Below, in pieces: positions 1-10,025 of a stretch of 64,000 nt of DNA; the first letter of the stretch is position 1, and every line of letters begins with the position of its first letter. The DNA is from an uncultured delta proteobacterium (GTDB lineage: Bacteria > Myxococcota > Myxococcia > Myxococcales > Myxococcaceae): contig CAWCKH010000003.1 in assembly GCA_963796055.1 (NCBI GenBank), positions 288,001-352,000 on the forward strand, given 5' to 3'. A program made the position numbers and the translations under genes. Below the pieces are notes generated by a model that did no database searches, was not told the DNA's origin, and was given only the letters and a program-made list of their open reading frames with translations.

Positions 1-87
1 CGGACCCGCATAGCTCAGACCGTTGACCAGCCGGGTGGCGACCCAGAAGGCGACGGCGGTCACCAGGAGGTGCAGCAGAAACCGCAT
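1..87 (-). CDS. Phage holin family (YvlD/DUF360-like) membrane protein, N-terminal part, runs off the window
   Basis: ATG at 87 after a GGAGG RBS; reads MRFLLHLLVTAVAFWVATRLVNGLSYAG, resembling the 4-TM YvlD family start. Confidence 0.6.
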   Translation of the reverse strand, partial: MRFLLHLLVTAVAFWVATRLVNGLSYAGP

Positions 88-103
88 GACCCCTCCTCGA
101 CGT

Positions 104-394
104 TCAGCCGACGGTCGGCCGGACGGTGACCAGATCCTGCTCGTCCGGGTGACGCTCCAGCCACTTTCGCACGAAGGGACAGGTCGGCACGACCTTCACC
201 CCGCTCTGGCGTGCCCAGGTGAAGGCTGCCTTCGCCAGCTTTCCGCCGATTCCTTGGCCGGCAGCTTCGTCGGGCACCTGCGTGTGCAGCAGGTCCACCG
301 TGCGCTCGTCGAGTCGCCGGTACCCGAGCTCCGCGGTCCCGCCGCTCACCTCGAGGAAGAAGCGGTGCCGATTCGGGTCGTGCTGGACGTCCAT
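104..394 (-). CDS. GNAT N-acetyltransferase (YjdJ-like)
   Basis: MDVQHDPNRHRF...HTQV...GQGIGGKL...VVPTCPFV family pattern. Confidence 0.85.
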   Translation of the reverse strand: MDVQHDPNRHRFFLEVSGGTAELGYRRLDERTVDLLHTQVPDEAAGQGIGGKLAKAAFTWARQSGVKVVPTCPFVRKWLERHPDEQDLVTVRPTVG

Positions 395-479
395 CGGAGC
401 CCTCCTGGCGGGCACCGACCCTCGAACAGCGGCCGCCCGGCGTCAACCCGCGACGCCGCGACCGGGCCTGAAGGAGGCC

Positions 480-1052
480 TCACCTGCCCGGCGGAGGCGA
501 GGCGTCGGCGGAGGCGCTCGCGGGCGGTGTGGGCTGGGCGACCCGGTTCTTCACCGCGGGCAGGGTGCGCAGATAGGCGAAGATCGCCTTGAGGTCCTGG
601 TCGCTGAGCTTCCCGATCATCTCCCAGGGCATCGGCGGGAGGATGGGCCGGCCCCGGCCCATGTGCCGGCCGGTCCGCATGGTGTCGAGGAAGTTCTGCT
701 CGGTCCAGGCGCCCAGGCCGGTCTCCCGATCCGGGGTGAGGTTCGCGGTGTAGCTGATGCCCCACGGGCCCGACCAGGCGGTCATCGTCCCGACCGTCGC
801 CGCCATCCACGGACCCTGGAGCACGGGGGCCGGGCTCACCTGCATCTGCTCCGGATGACCCGAAAGCAGCCGCTCGGTGTCGAGCTCCGGGCCCTTCGCT
901 CCCAACTTCTTCGGGGTGTGGCAGTCGTGGCACCCGCCGAAGTTGACCAGGTATTCGCCCCGCTTCACCTGGGACGTCGGGGCACTGGCCGGCGCTGCGA
1001 GGGAGAGGGAGGACATCGAGAGTGCAGTGATCACCATCGTCTTCGGGGTCAC
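480..1052 (-). CDS. Periplasmic cytochrome c (c-553-like domain, one CxxCH)
   Basis: GTG start overlaps the upstream stop; signal peptide; RGEYLV..GGCHDCHTP; GPWGISYTANLTPD; MPW axial Met. Confidence 0.85.
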   Translation of the reverse strand: MTPKTMVITALSMSSLSLAAPASAPTSQVKRGEYLVNFGGCHDCHTPKKLGAKGPELDTERLLSGHPEQMQVSPAPVLQGPWMAATVGTMTAWSGPWGISYTANLTPDRETGLGAWTEQNFLDTMRTGRHMGRGRPILPPMPWEMIGKLSDQDLKAIFAYLRTLPAVKNRVAQPTPPASASADASPPPGR

Positions 1053-2065
1053 GGGGTTCTCCTGTCTGCGAGTGAGTGAATCCAGCGCTCGAGCAGCGCG
1101 AGCGCCTCCCGGTCGGGCTTTTCGGTCCCGAGCGGGGGCATCTGGTCCAGCGGGTCGCGGGCGCCCATCCGGCGGAAGAGCACGCTGTGCTCGGGGTCGC
1201 CGGGCTCGAGCCGCACCTGCGCGCCCCCCACCGGCCGGAGCGCCTGGACGGCCATCGCCGAGGCGCGGGTGCGCTCCACCGACGCCGGACCCTGGGAGAG
1301 CTCCTGGAGCAGGTCGAGCCCGATGCCCGCCAGTGGTCCGTGTCGATTGTGGCAGACGCCGCAGTTGGCGTGGAGGTAGCCCAGAGCGGCGCGCTCGTCG
1401 GCCGAGGCGGCCGGGATGCCCGGCGGCGTCGTCCGGAGCGCAGCAGGGAGACCCCGGAGGAGCCCACGACCGAGCAGGTCGTCCAGGTCCACCTCGGCCT
1501 CGGCGCTCCGGGCGTGCGGAGCACCCGGATCGCGGTCCGGGGACAGCTGGAGCGCGGTGAAGCCCAGGACCGGGTTCGGCTGGCCCTCGTGGCAGGCCTT
1601 GCAGTCGGCGGTGCCGGGAATGGCCCAGCGACCGCCGCCGGCGAGCGCCACGCCCGCCCGCACGCCTCCCGCGGGCGCGAGCACCGCGTCCGAGCCGTCC
1701 TCGGTCCACACGTAGGTGGCGAAGCGCCAGCCCGCCGAGGTCCGCTCGAGCATCCGCGTCTCCAGCCGGCGCCCCAGGGCGAACTCCTTCCACAGCCGTG
1801 TCCCCACCGGGAACACCCAGCGATCCGGATCCCGGGCGTCGATGCGGGTGCCGCGGGGGAGGCGGATCCACCGGCGCTTCTCGGCACCATCGCTCCACAG
1901 CGGGTACTGCGGGCTGAAGGCGAGGACGTCGGCGGCGATCTCCTCTCCGCGCCCCGGCGCATAGAGTCCGGTGTCGCGGAGGTGCGCCGGCAGCGAGCTG
2001 GCGGCGCGCGCCGCTGGAACGAGCGTGGTGACCGCCAGGACGAGGAAGGGATGTAAACGCGCCAT
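1049..2065 (-). CDS. Secreted diheme c-type cytochrome (SO2930-like)
   Basis: Signal peptide; PLWSDGAEKRRW, FPVGT..WKEF; CKACH and CGVCH; MPPLG. Confidence 0.75.
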   Translation of the reverse strand: MARLHPFLVLAVTTLVPAARAASSLPAHLRDTGLYAPGRGEEIAADVLAFSPQYPLWSDGAEKRRWIRLPRGTRIDARDPDRWVFPVGTRLWKEFALGRRLETRMLERTSAGWRFATYVWTEDGSDAVLAPAGGVRAGVALAGGGRWAIPGTADCKACHEGQPNPVLGFTALQLSPDRDPGAPHARSAEAEVDLDDLLGRGLLRGLPAALRTTPPGIPAASADERAALGYLHANCGVCHNRHGPLAGIGLDLLQELSQGPASVERTRASAMAVQALRPVGGAQVRLEPGDPEHSVLFRRMGARDPLDQMPPLGTEKPDREALALLERWIHSLADRRTP

Positions 2066-2151
2066 CGGTGGCGCGCGTTGTGCCAGCGAGCTCGGGGGCC
2101 CGTTCCCTAAACAGTCCCTAAATCGGTCTCAACGGACCATGGGTGGGTTTT

Positions 2152-2910
2152 CTACCGGCCGTGGCGTCCTGCCCCGCCGTGGAACCGCGCAGCCCCGGCC
2201 AGGGTCTCGCCCGAGGCGAGCGTCCGCTGACCGTGGAGGACCTCGTTCTCCAGCGCCTGCTGGGCCTCGAGCTCGAGCGACTCGAGCAGGGAGAGGCGGT
2301 CGTTGCGCAGGCAGGTCTGCGGGAGCGCCGCCAGCTCCCGGGCGAGATCCAGCGCGGCCCGGAGCGCCTGGCCCTCGGGGACCACGCGGTTCACCAGCCC
2401 CATGGTCCACGCCTCCTGCGCCTTCACCGGCCGTCCGGTGAGGACCAGGTCCAACGCCCGGCCCAGCCCGATGATCTGGGGGAGGCGCACCGTGCCGAGA
2501 TCCACCAGCGGCGCGCCGAAGCGCCGGCAGAACACGCCGAGGGTGGCCTCCTCGGAGGCGACGCGGAGGTCGCACCAGAGGGCGAGCTCGAGCCCGCCGG
2601 CAACCGCATACCCCTCGATGGCGGCGATGACCGGCTTCCCCAGCCGTAGCCGCGTGGGGCCCATGGGGCCGTCTCCCTCGGGACGGAAGGGGCGAGGCTC
2701 GCCCTCGGCCAGCGCCTTGAGGTCGGCACCCCCGCAGAAGTGGCCGCCGGCACCGGTGAGGATGGCGACGGAGAGCGATGGGTCGCCGTCGAAGGCCCGG
2801 AATGCCGAGGCGAGTGCCGCGGCGGTGGTGGCGTCGACGGCGTTCCGGCGCTCGGGCCGGTCGATGGTGACGACGAGGACATCTTCGTGGTGCTCGATCC
2901 GGATGCTCAT
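2152..2910 (-). CDS. Enoyl-CoA hydratase/crotonase family protein
   Basis: FCGGADLK, KPVIAAIEGYAVAGGLELALWCD. Confidence 0.9.
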   Translation of the reverse strand: MSIRIEHHEDVLVVTIDRPERRNAVDATTAAALASAFRAFDGDPSLSVAILTGAGGHFCGGADLKALAEGEPRPFRPEGDGPMGPTRLRLGKPVIAAIEGYAVAGGLELALWCDLRVASEEATLGVFCRRFGAPLVDLGTVRLPQIIGLGRALDLVLTGRPVKAQEAWTMGLVNRVVPEGQALRAALDLARELAALPQTCLRNDRLSLLESLELEAQQALENEVLHGQRTLASGETLAGAARFHGGAGRHGR

Positions 2911-2984
2911 GCCGGCGGAGTGTTGCCCCGGCCGGCCCACGAGCACCAGCCCGGTGGGGGGGAGGTCACCTCCCCGCACGATGC

Positions 2985-3923
2985 TCAGCCGAAGGTGTAG
3001 ACGAACTGAACCTGGGTGATGCTGTCGAACGTCCGCAGGAAGATGCCCGGCGGATTCGCCGCGCTGACGCCTTTCGGGAGCGTGGCCAGGTTCGGCTTGG
3101 CGTCGTAGCGCCCCGTCCAGCTCACGTTGAGCGACAGCCGGTCGTAGACCTGGGCGGTGAGGCCCACCACCCCGTTCACCCGGTGGTCCTCGAAGGCCGA
3201 GACGTGGTCGATGTTCACCGGATCGGGCGCGCCGGACTCCTGGTTGATGTTGACCAGGTACTCGGCCCCGGCGGCGAGCTTGGTGGCCCTGGAGATCTCC
3301 CAGACGTAGGCCAGCGCCGCCCGGAGCGAGTGGATGGAGTACCCGTCCCCCACGTACGGCTGGAGATAGGTGAAGTCGTAGCCGATCTCACCGGTGACGC
3401 TGTGCGCGCCCGCCTTGATCACCAAGGTGCTCACGCCGAGCTGGATGCCGCCGAACAGCTTCTTCCCGGCGGCGTAGTCCGAGGCGATGTTCCCCAGGAC
3501 GTACACCGAGGTGTCGCCGGGCGCGTCCTTGTGGATGAGCCACTGGTCGAAACGGGGCGTGACGTTCCACAGACGGGCCGAGAGCGTGCTGTCGGTGCCG
3601 AGAGCGTCGAGCGAGTCGATGACCGGCGGCGTCTTCGGACCCACCACGTAGACCCGGGATTTCGAGAACGCGTAGGCCGCGGTCAGCGAATAGCGCTGCC
3701 AGACCGCGTCGCGGGTGACCTTCAATCCGGCGCTCAGGCTGGTGGAATCCGAGTTTCCGGCCAGCCAGAGCAGCCCTGCCTTCGCCTCCGCCCGCCATCC
3801 GGTCTGCTTGGCGTCCTCCTTCGCCTTTTCGGCGGAGCTGAAGGTCGGCGCAGCGGCGGTGTCCTGCGCCAGCGCCGGTCCTGCGATCAGCAGGGCGCAG
3901 AGCCCCGCCAGTTGCACGCGCAT
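2985..3923 (-). CDS. Outer-membrane beta-barrel protein (DUF481-like)
   Basis: Signal peptide, GNSDSTS motif, alternating beta strands, C-terminal FVYTFG. Confidence 0.7.
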   Translation of the reverse strand: MRVQLAGLCALLIAGPALAQDTAAAPTFSSAEKAKEDAKQTGWRAEAKAGLLWLAGNSDSTSLSAGLKVTRDAVWQRYSLTAAYAFSKSRVYVVGPKTPPVIDSLDALGTDSTLSARLWNVTPRFDQWLIHKDAPGDTSVYVLGNIASDYAAGKKLFGGIQLGVSTLVIKAGAHSVTGEIGYDFTYLQPYVGDGYSIHSLRAALAYVWEISRATKLAAGAEYLVNINQESGAPDPVNIDHVSAFEDHRVNGVVGLTAQVYDRLSLNVSWTGRYDAKPNLATLPKGVSAANPPGIFLRTFDSITQVQFVYTFG

Positions 3924-4040
3924 CGTCGCACCCCTCCCTCGAAATTCCCGGGCTCTCCCCCTAGCGCGAAAGCCAGCGGTGCCGCCCTGCGAAAATTCGG
4001 TTCTGCTGAACACTTGAGCAGTCATCAGGGGACGGCTAGC

Positions 4041-6071
4041 GTGGTGCGCCGGATGCTCGACGGGCTCAACGAACGGCAGCGCGAGGCGGTGCTCCATGGC
4101 GACGGGCCGCTCCTGGTGGTCGCCGGGGCCGGGACCGGAAAGACCACCACCCTCGCCCACCGGGTGGCGCAGCTCCTCCAGCGGGGCGTCCCGGCCGAGC
4201 GCGTCCTGCTCCTCACCTTCGCGCGCCGCGCCGCGGCCGAGCTGCTGCGTCGGGTGGACGGGCTGCTCGGCCGGGCGGCGACGGACCGGCCCGCGTCGTC
4301 CCGGGTGTGGGGCGGGACCTTCCACTCGGTGGCCACCCGGCTGCTGCGCCAGCATGGTGAGCGCATCGGCCTTCACCCCGGCTTCACCATCCATGACCGC
4401 GGCGACTCGGAGGACCTCCTCGAGGTGCTGCGGGCAGAGCTGGAGCTCGGCCGCGGCAAGCGGCGCTTTCCGCGGAAGGCCACCTGCCTCGACGTCTACA
4501 GCCGCTGCGTCAACTCCCGCGCCTCCCTCGAGACGGTGCTCGCCCGTGGCTTCCCCTGGTGCACCGAGCAGCGCGACGGGCTGAAGCTGCTCTTCCGCAC
4601 CTACGTGGACCGCAAGGCCGAGCAGCGGGTGCTGGACTACGACGACCTCCTGCTCTTCTTCCACGCGCTCCTCGGAACCGAGGCCGCCGCTCAGGCGGTT
4701 CGCGCGCAGTTCGACCACGTGCTGGTGGACGAGTACCAGGACACCAACGCGCTCCAGGCCGAGCTGCTGGACCGCCTCTGCCCGGGCGGGCGGGGGCTCA
4801 CCGTGGTGGGCGACGACGCGCAGGCCATCTACGGATTTCGCGCGGCCACGGTGCGCAACATCCTCGACTTTTCCGCGCTCCACCCCGGCGCGCGGACCGT
4901 GGTGCTGGCCGAGAATTACCGGAGCTCACCGGAGCTGCTCGAGGCCACCAACCGGGTCATCGCCCAGGTCCGGGAGCGACACCCCAAGGAGCTCTGGTCC
5001 CGCAGGAGCTCCGGCGAGCGCCCCGAGCTGGTCACCTGCACCGACGAGGCGGAGCAGACCGAGTACGTGCTGGGGCGTATCCTCGAGCGGCGCGAGCAGG
5101 GGCTCGACCTGCGCCGGCAGGCGGTGCTCTTCCGGGCCTCGCACCACAGCCTGCAGCTGGAGGTCGAGCTCGGCCGGCGCGGCATCCCCTTCCACAAGTA
5201 CGGTGGGCTTCGCTTCGTGGAGACCGCGCACGTGCGAGACCTCCTGGCCTTCCTCCGGCTGGTGGAGAACCCCCGCGACCTCGTCGCCGGGACGCGGGTG
5301 CTCGGGCTCCTTCCCGGGGTGGGTTCGCGCACCGCCCGCACGCTGCTCGATCCTGTCCAGCGCACCGGCAGCTTCGAGGGCTGGGAGGACGCGCGGATCC
5401 CGGCGGCGGCCCGGACCCACTGGCCGTTGCTGGTCGCCCTCTGCCGCGAGCTGGCCGCGCCGCACGCCCCTCCCCTGCCCGCCCAGCTCCACCGGATCCA
5501 GTCCTTCTATCGCCCGCTCTGCGAGGAGCGCTACGACCACGCCGCGGCCCGGCTCCGGGACCTCGAGCAGCTGGAGCAGCTCGCCGCCGGGTTCGCCGAC
5601 CGCAACGCATTCCTCGGGGAGCTGACGCTCGAGCCGCCGCGCTCGACCCAGGACCTCGCCGGTCCGCCCTCGCTGGACGACGATCACCTGGTCCTCAGCA
5701 CCATCCACTCGGCCAAGGGCCTGGAGTTCGACGCGGTCTATGTCCTCCACGCCGCCGACGGGAACATCCCCTCGGACCTGACCACCGGAAGCCCCGAGGA
5801 GATCGACGAGGAGCTGCGGCTGTTCTACGTGGCGCTGTCCCGGGCGAAGCGGCACCTCTCGGTCACCTTCCCTCTCCGCTGGTTCGACCGACCGGCCGGG
5901 GTCGGCGGCCGTCACGCGTACGCGCAGCTCACCCGGTTCCTCCCGCCGCCGGTCGCCGCTGCGTTCGAGCTCCGCACGGCGTTCCCCGAGGCCCCCCGTC
6001 CCGCGCTCCCGGCCACCGACGCCTTCCTGCTCCCCGAGGTGCGCGGCGCGCTCCGGGCCTTGTGGAACTGA
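4041..6071 (+). CDS. ATP-dependent DNA helicase, UvrD/PcrA family
   Basis: AGAGTGKT, VDEYQDTN, VGDDAQAIYGFR, NYRS, STIHSAKGLEF, ELRLFYVALSRA. Confidence 0.95.
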   Translation: MVRRMLDGLNERQREAVLHGDGPLLVVAGAGTGKTTTLAHRVAQLLQRGVPAERVLLLTFARRAAAELLRRVDGLLGRAATDRPASSRVWGGTFHSVATRLLRQHGERIGLHPGFTIHDRGDSEDLLEVLRAELELGRGKRRFPRKATCLDVYSRCVNSRASLETVLARGFPWCTEQRDGLKLLFRTYVDRKAEQRVLDYDDLLLFFHALLGTEAAAQAVRAQFDHVLVDEYQDTNALQAELLDRLCPGGRGLTVVGDDAQAIYGFRAATVRNILDFSALHPGARTVVLAENYRSSPELLEATNRVIAQVRERHPKELWSRRSSGERPELVTCTDEAEQTEYVLGRILERREQGLDLRRQAVLFRASHHSLQLEVELGRRGIPFHKYGGLRFVETAHVRDLLAFLRLVENPRDLVAGTRVLGLLPGVGSRTARTLLDPVQRTGSFEGWEDARIPAAARTHWPLLVALCRELAAPHAPPLPAQLHRIQSFYRPLCEERYDHAAARLRDLEQLEQLAAGFADRNAFLGELTLEPPRSTQDLAGPPSLDDDHLVLSTIHSAKGLEFDAVYVLHAADGNIPSDLTTGSPEEIDEELRLFYVALSRAKRHLSVTFPLRWFDRPAGVGGRHAYAQLTRFLPPPVAAAFELRTAFPEAPRPALPATDAFLLPEVRGALRALWN

Positions 6072-6096
6072 GGGTCAGTGTTCACCTTGAGCGTGG

Positions 6097-7248
6097 GTGC
6101 GGCTCCCACGGGCGATCACCGGACGCTGGACGGAGCCGCGCGAGCGGCGCGACCGAACGCCCCTGCGCCGGAGCAGGAGAATCCTCCTCGGCGTGGGCCT
6201 GGGGTTGCTGGGTGCGCTGGCGCTGTTCCTCGTCGTCCTGGCGCTCGCCCTTCCGGGCTACGCGAGGAACAAGACACGAGAAGCGCTCGAGGGGATGGAG
6301 GGCGCGCGGGGGGACTTCCAGGACGTCCAGGTCACGCTGTTCCCGCTCCGCTACACCATCACCCGGCTGAAGATCACCCGGAAGGACGCCCTGCTACCCG
6401 ACCCGGCCCTCTACGCCGAGCGCCTGACCGTCACTCTTCGCTGGGGGAGCCTGCTTCACGGTGTGTTCCGAGGGACGGTGGACGGCGAGCGGGTCAAGCT
6501 CGTGCTCGAGGAGCCGAAGCCGGGCCCCGACACCCCGCTTCCCTCGCTGTCGGAGCTCGTGCCAGTGCGGGCGGTGGTCGAGCGTGCCCAGCTCCGCGAC
6601 GCCGAGGTGCTCTACGCCTGGGTGCGCAAGGAGGGCTGGCCGATGATCTGGAGCCACGGCATCGAGGCCACCCTGGGGAATCTCGGCTCCCGCCCGGGGC
6701 TGGTTGATGGGCCGGTGGTGGTGGCCGCGCGCGGCCACATCGCGCGCAAGGGAACGGTGTGGTTCACGGTGAGCGCCGACCCCTGGGCCGAGCGCCTCAC
6801 CTTCGCCGGGAGCGCTGGAGCGAAGGACTTCGACCCATCGCAGCTCAACGCCTACTTCTCTCCGAAGAAGGACATCACCCTCACCCCGGGCAGCTATGCG
6901 ATGAAGATGAGCTTCCGTTGCGACCAGGGGAAACTGACCGGCGCCATCGACCCGCATCTCGTGGGGAGCGAGGTCCAGTCCGACGGGGACGCCGGCAGCG
7001 CGATCAAGGCATTCTTCGGGAAGATCGCTCTCGCCACGTCCGGTCCCACCGAGGGCACCCGATCCAGCGGGGTGATCGCCATCCGCGACGACCTCACCGA
7101 CCCGAAGCTGCAGCTGCCGCCGCGGCTGGAGAAGGTGATCGAGAACGGGTTCTCCCTCGGCCTCCAGGAAGAGCTCAAGCGACACTACGCCGGGAAGACC
7201 GAGGCGAGCAGCAAGCAAGAGCCGACGCCGCTGAAGGCAAAGAAGTGA
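6097..7248 (+). CDS. Membrane-anchored DUF748/AsmA-like protein
   Basis: One N-terminal TM helix, then a beta-rich domain; family call from overall pattern. Confidence 0.55.
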   Translation: MRLPRAITGRWTEPRERRDRTPLRRSRRILLGVGLGLLGALALFLVVLALALPGYARNKTREALEGMEGARGDFQDVQVTLFPLRYTITRLKITRKDALLPDPALYAERLTVTLRWGSLLHGVFRGTVDGERVKLVLEEPKPGPDTPLPSLSELVPVRAVVERAQLRDAEVLYAWVRKEGWPMIWSHGIEATLGNLGSRPGLVDGPVVVAARGHIARKGTVWFTVSADPWAERLTFAGSAGAKDFDPSQLNAYFSPKKDITLTPGSYAMKMSFRCDQGKLTGAIDPHLVGSEVQSDGDAGSAIKAFFGKIALATSGPTEGTRSSGVIAIRDDLTDPKLQLPPRLEKVIENGFSLGLQEELKRHYAGKTEASSKQEPTPLKAKK

Positions 7249-7255
7249 CTCCCGC

Positions 7256-8512
7256 TCAGAAGCCGTAGAGGACCGCCGTCTCCACCCGGAACGCGGTCGC
7301 GGTGGGATTCTCCACCCACTGGGTCGCCCACCAGCTGAGCTCCAGTCCCACCCGGAGCCCGCCGATGATGCGGAAGATGACGTTGCCGAAGACTTCGGTG
7401 TTCGTCCGCCGCTCGTTCGCCGCGAGATCCTGATCGAACGGATCGTCGGTGCCGAAGCCCGCGTGCACCGTCCAGCGGGCGCCGAGCTGCTGCCTGAGCT
7501 GTACCCAACCGCCCCGGGCGCGGATGGGGACCTGCTTCACCGGGTCCACGGTCTGGAAGATGGCCCCGGAGTAGTCGCCCAGGAGCTGGCCGATGAAATA
7601 CTCACCCTCGATGAGGGTGCTCTCGCCGAGGCGCAGGGAGCCGTCGGCGACGAAGGACCAGCTGGCGTACTGCTTGACGTCGCTCGGGGTGCCGGTGCCG
7701 GTATCCTGGAGCACGACCTGGCGGCGTCCATAGTGTCCGGCCACGCCGAGCTCGAAGAGCCGCGGCCCCTCCTCCCGCCGGGGTCCGAATGCGAGGCCGA
7801 GGTGTCCCTGGAAGTCGGGCAGCCCGACCTGGGTGGCCTGGATGGTCCCGCTCACCTGGAAGGTCTGCACCGCCTGGGCGATCGCCGACTGGAAGATGAG
7901 CTCGACCACGTCGGACACCGGTTGGCGCCACTCGACGCGGATCTGCGGCCGGTAGTCCCCGATGTCCCCGGGGATGAACGAGAGCGGGTAGAAGTTCAGC
8001 GTGGCCGCGGCGCGCGGAGAGATGATGTCCGAGGCCTGTCCGGCGAGCAGCCGGAGCCGGGTCCAGGTGGCCTCGAGGTACAGGTCGCGGACCAGCGGAA
8101 GGAAGGCGTTCTCGTTGAGGTACGGAGCGTTGCTCCGGAAGTCCATGTCGAACTTCGCCTGGAGCTGCACCGCCCCGAACCTCGGCGGGGTGGCGGCCAC
8201 ACCGAGGAAGGTGTTTCCGGGCGAGACGTTGAACTGCCCGGTGGTCGAGGCGGAGGGGATCTGCACGAAGCCGGGAATGCTGCCCACCACCATGGTGGCG
8301 CTGTTGTAGTTGGCGTTGACCACCAGCTCGCCGGAGAACGACCACCGGATGCCGAGCGCCTCCACCGAGGTCGCGGAAGCCGCCGGGTCCGGCGTGGCAG
8401 TCACTGGAGTGGAGGCCGGCCCCTGGAGCGCCGCGGCCCGGGACGGCGTGGGCGCCTGCGCGAGCGAGGGCGCCGCGCAGAGCAGCGCGACGAGGCGCGC
8501 CCATCCCGCCAC
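7256..8512 (-). CDS. Outer-membrane porin (DcaP-like); start uncertain (GTG 8512 or CTG 8527)
   Basis: Signal peptide, Pro/Ala linker, AKFDMDF, LLAGQ, RPQIR, C-terminal LYGF. Confidence 0.7.
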   Translation of the reverse strand: MAGWARLVALLCAAPSLAQAPTPSRAAALQGPASTPVTATPDPAASATSVEALGIRWSFSGELVVNANYNSATMVVGSIPGFVQIPSASTTGQFNVSPGNTFLGVAATPPRFGAVQLQAKFDMDFRSNAPYLNENAFLPLVRDLYLEATWTRLRLLAGQASDIISPRAAATLNFYPLSFIPGDIGDYRPQIRVEWRQPVSDVVELIFQSAIAQAVQTFQVSGTIQATQVGLPDFQGHLGLAFGPRREEGPRLFELGVAGHYGRRQVVLQDTGTGTPSDVKQYASWSFVADGSLRLGESTLIEGEYFIGQLLGDYSGAIFQTVDPVKQVPIRARGGWVQLRQQLGARWTVHAGFGTDDPFDQDLAANERRTNTEVFGNVIFRIIGGLRVGLELSWWATQWVENPTATAFRVETAVLYGF

Positions 8513-8583
8513 CAGGCTCCGGTCCAGGTCCCCTCCTCCCGAGCGCCGGCACTTCAGCGGAGATGGGGGCCGGGAGGCAACGG

Positions 8584-10023
8584 CTACGAGGCCTCGGCCT
8601 CCTCTTCCTCCTCCTCGTCCTCCGGATGTGGCACCTTCACCACCGTGACGGTGCAGGGGGATTCGGCCACCACGTGCGCCGAGACGCTGCCCAGGTAGCG
8701 CCGGAGCGGCGAGGCGCCTCGCGCGCCGATCACCACGTGGTCCACCCGGTTCTCCCGCACGAAGTCCAGCAGCACCGCGGCAGGGTAAGGCCCCTCCAGC
8801 ACGTGATAGGTGAGGCGCTCCTCGGCCAGCCCGAGCGGACGCGCCCAGTCCTTCAGCTCGACCAGGCGCATCACCCGGAGGTTCCGCCCCTCCTCGTCGA
8901 CGGTGACGTCCATCGCCAGACGGGAGGTGCGCAGGACCGTGACGCATGCCAGCCGGGCCGCGGGGTGCATGCTCAGCACCCGCTCGCTGGTGGTGCGGAT
9001 GCTGCTGAGGAGCGCGTCGCTGCTGGCGAGCAGATCGAGGGCAACCACCACCACCGGCGAGCGGGCGATCTGCACCGCGGTGGACTGCCTGGCCTCGCCC
9101 TCGGCCCCCAGCGTACGCACCCAGCGTCGGGTGACGGTGAACGCCCCGTCCTGCCGGAGCTTCCTGGCGCGCTCGGACAGCGGCACCTGGCCGGGGTTGC
9201 GGAGCGCGAGCAGCACCTGGGCCGCGCTCTGGTAGCGCTCGCGCGGGTCGGGCTCGAGGCAGCGAAGGATGATCTCCTGGAGGTAGGCCGGACAGCTCGC
9301 GTTGCGCGCCCGCGGAGGAACCGGGTCGCGATAGAGACGCTTCCGCAGGCCGGTGATGCTGGTGGGGAACCCGAAGGCCCGCTCACCGGTGATCAGGTGG
9401 TAGAGCACCGCCCCCAGGGCGAAAATGTCACTCCGCGGGTCGTTGCGGATCCGCAATACCTGCTCCGGCGAGATGTAGGGCGCGGTTCCCATCGGCAGCC
9501 GGAATTGCTCTGCGAGCAGATCGGGCAGCCGGTCGTGGCGGGAGAAGCCGAAGTCGATCAGCACCGCCTCGCCGGTGTCGCGGAACATCACGTTGCTCGG
9601 CTTGAGGTCCAGGTGGATGACGTGCTGGCGGTGCAGCGAGTGGAGCGCGGTGGCGATCTGCCCGCCGATCCGCGTCACCTCCTCGGTGTCCAGCGGGGTC
9701 CGCTCCAGTCGTGCACGCAGCGAATCACCGCGGATGTACTCCATCACGATGTACGGATGCGCCGAGAAGTCGCCGGAGCCGAAGAACAGCGGGACGTGCG
9801 GGCCCTGGAGAGTGGGCATGATCATCTGCTCCACCTCGAAGCCCACCATCGCCGTGGGGTCATCGCCCTCGCGGAGCAGCGGCATCTTCATCACCAGCGG
9901 AGGCTGCCCCGGGGCCGACACGCGCCACAGCGCCGCCATGCTCCCCTGGTGGATCCGCTCCTCGAGGGTGTAGCCGTCGATGACCGCCCCGGGCTCGATG
10001 CGCAGAGCGCGCGGCGCCTCCAC
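8584..10023 (-). CDS. Bifunctional Ser/Thr protein kinase / universal stress protein
   Basis: HLDLKPSN, DFG, GTAPYISPEQ; C-terminal USP motif VIGARG...LGSVSAHVV. Confidence 0.92.
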   Translation of the reverse strand: MEAPRALRIEPGAVIDGYTLEERIHQGSMAALWRVSAPGQPPLVMKMPLLREGDDPTAMVGFEVEQMIMPTLQGPHVPLFFGSGDFSAHPYIVMEYIRGDSLRARLERTPLDTEEVTRIGGQIATALHSLHRQHVIHLDLKPSNVMFRDTGEAVLIDFGFSRHDRLPDLLAEQFRLPMGTAPYISPEQVLRIRNDPRSDIFALGAVLYHLITGERAFGFPTSITGLRKRLYRDPVPPRARNASCPAYLQEIILRCLEPDPRERYQSAAQVLLALRNPGQVPLSERARKLRQDGAFTVTRRWVRTLGAEGEARQSTAVQIARSPVVVVALDLLASSDALLSSIRTTSERVLSMHPAARLACVTVLRTSRLAMDVTVDEEGRNLRVMRLVELKDWARPLGLAEERLTYHVLEGPYPAAVLLDFVRENRVDHVVIGARGASPLRRYLGSVSAHVVAESPCTVTVVKVPHPEDEEEEEEAEAS

Positions 10024-10025
10024 GT

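Noticed and set aside
2070..2085. Sigma54-like TGGCAC-N-GC before the diheme cytochrome
   Set aside because: The -12 element lies only a few bases from the ATG, leaving no room for a transcription start
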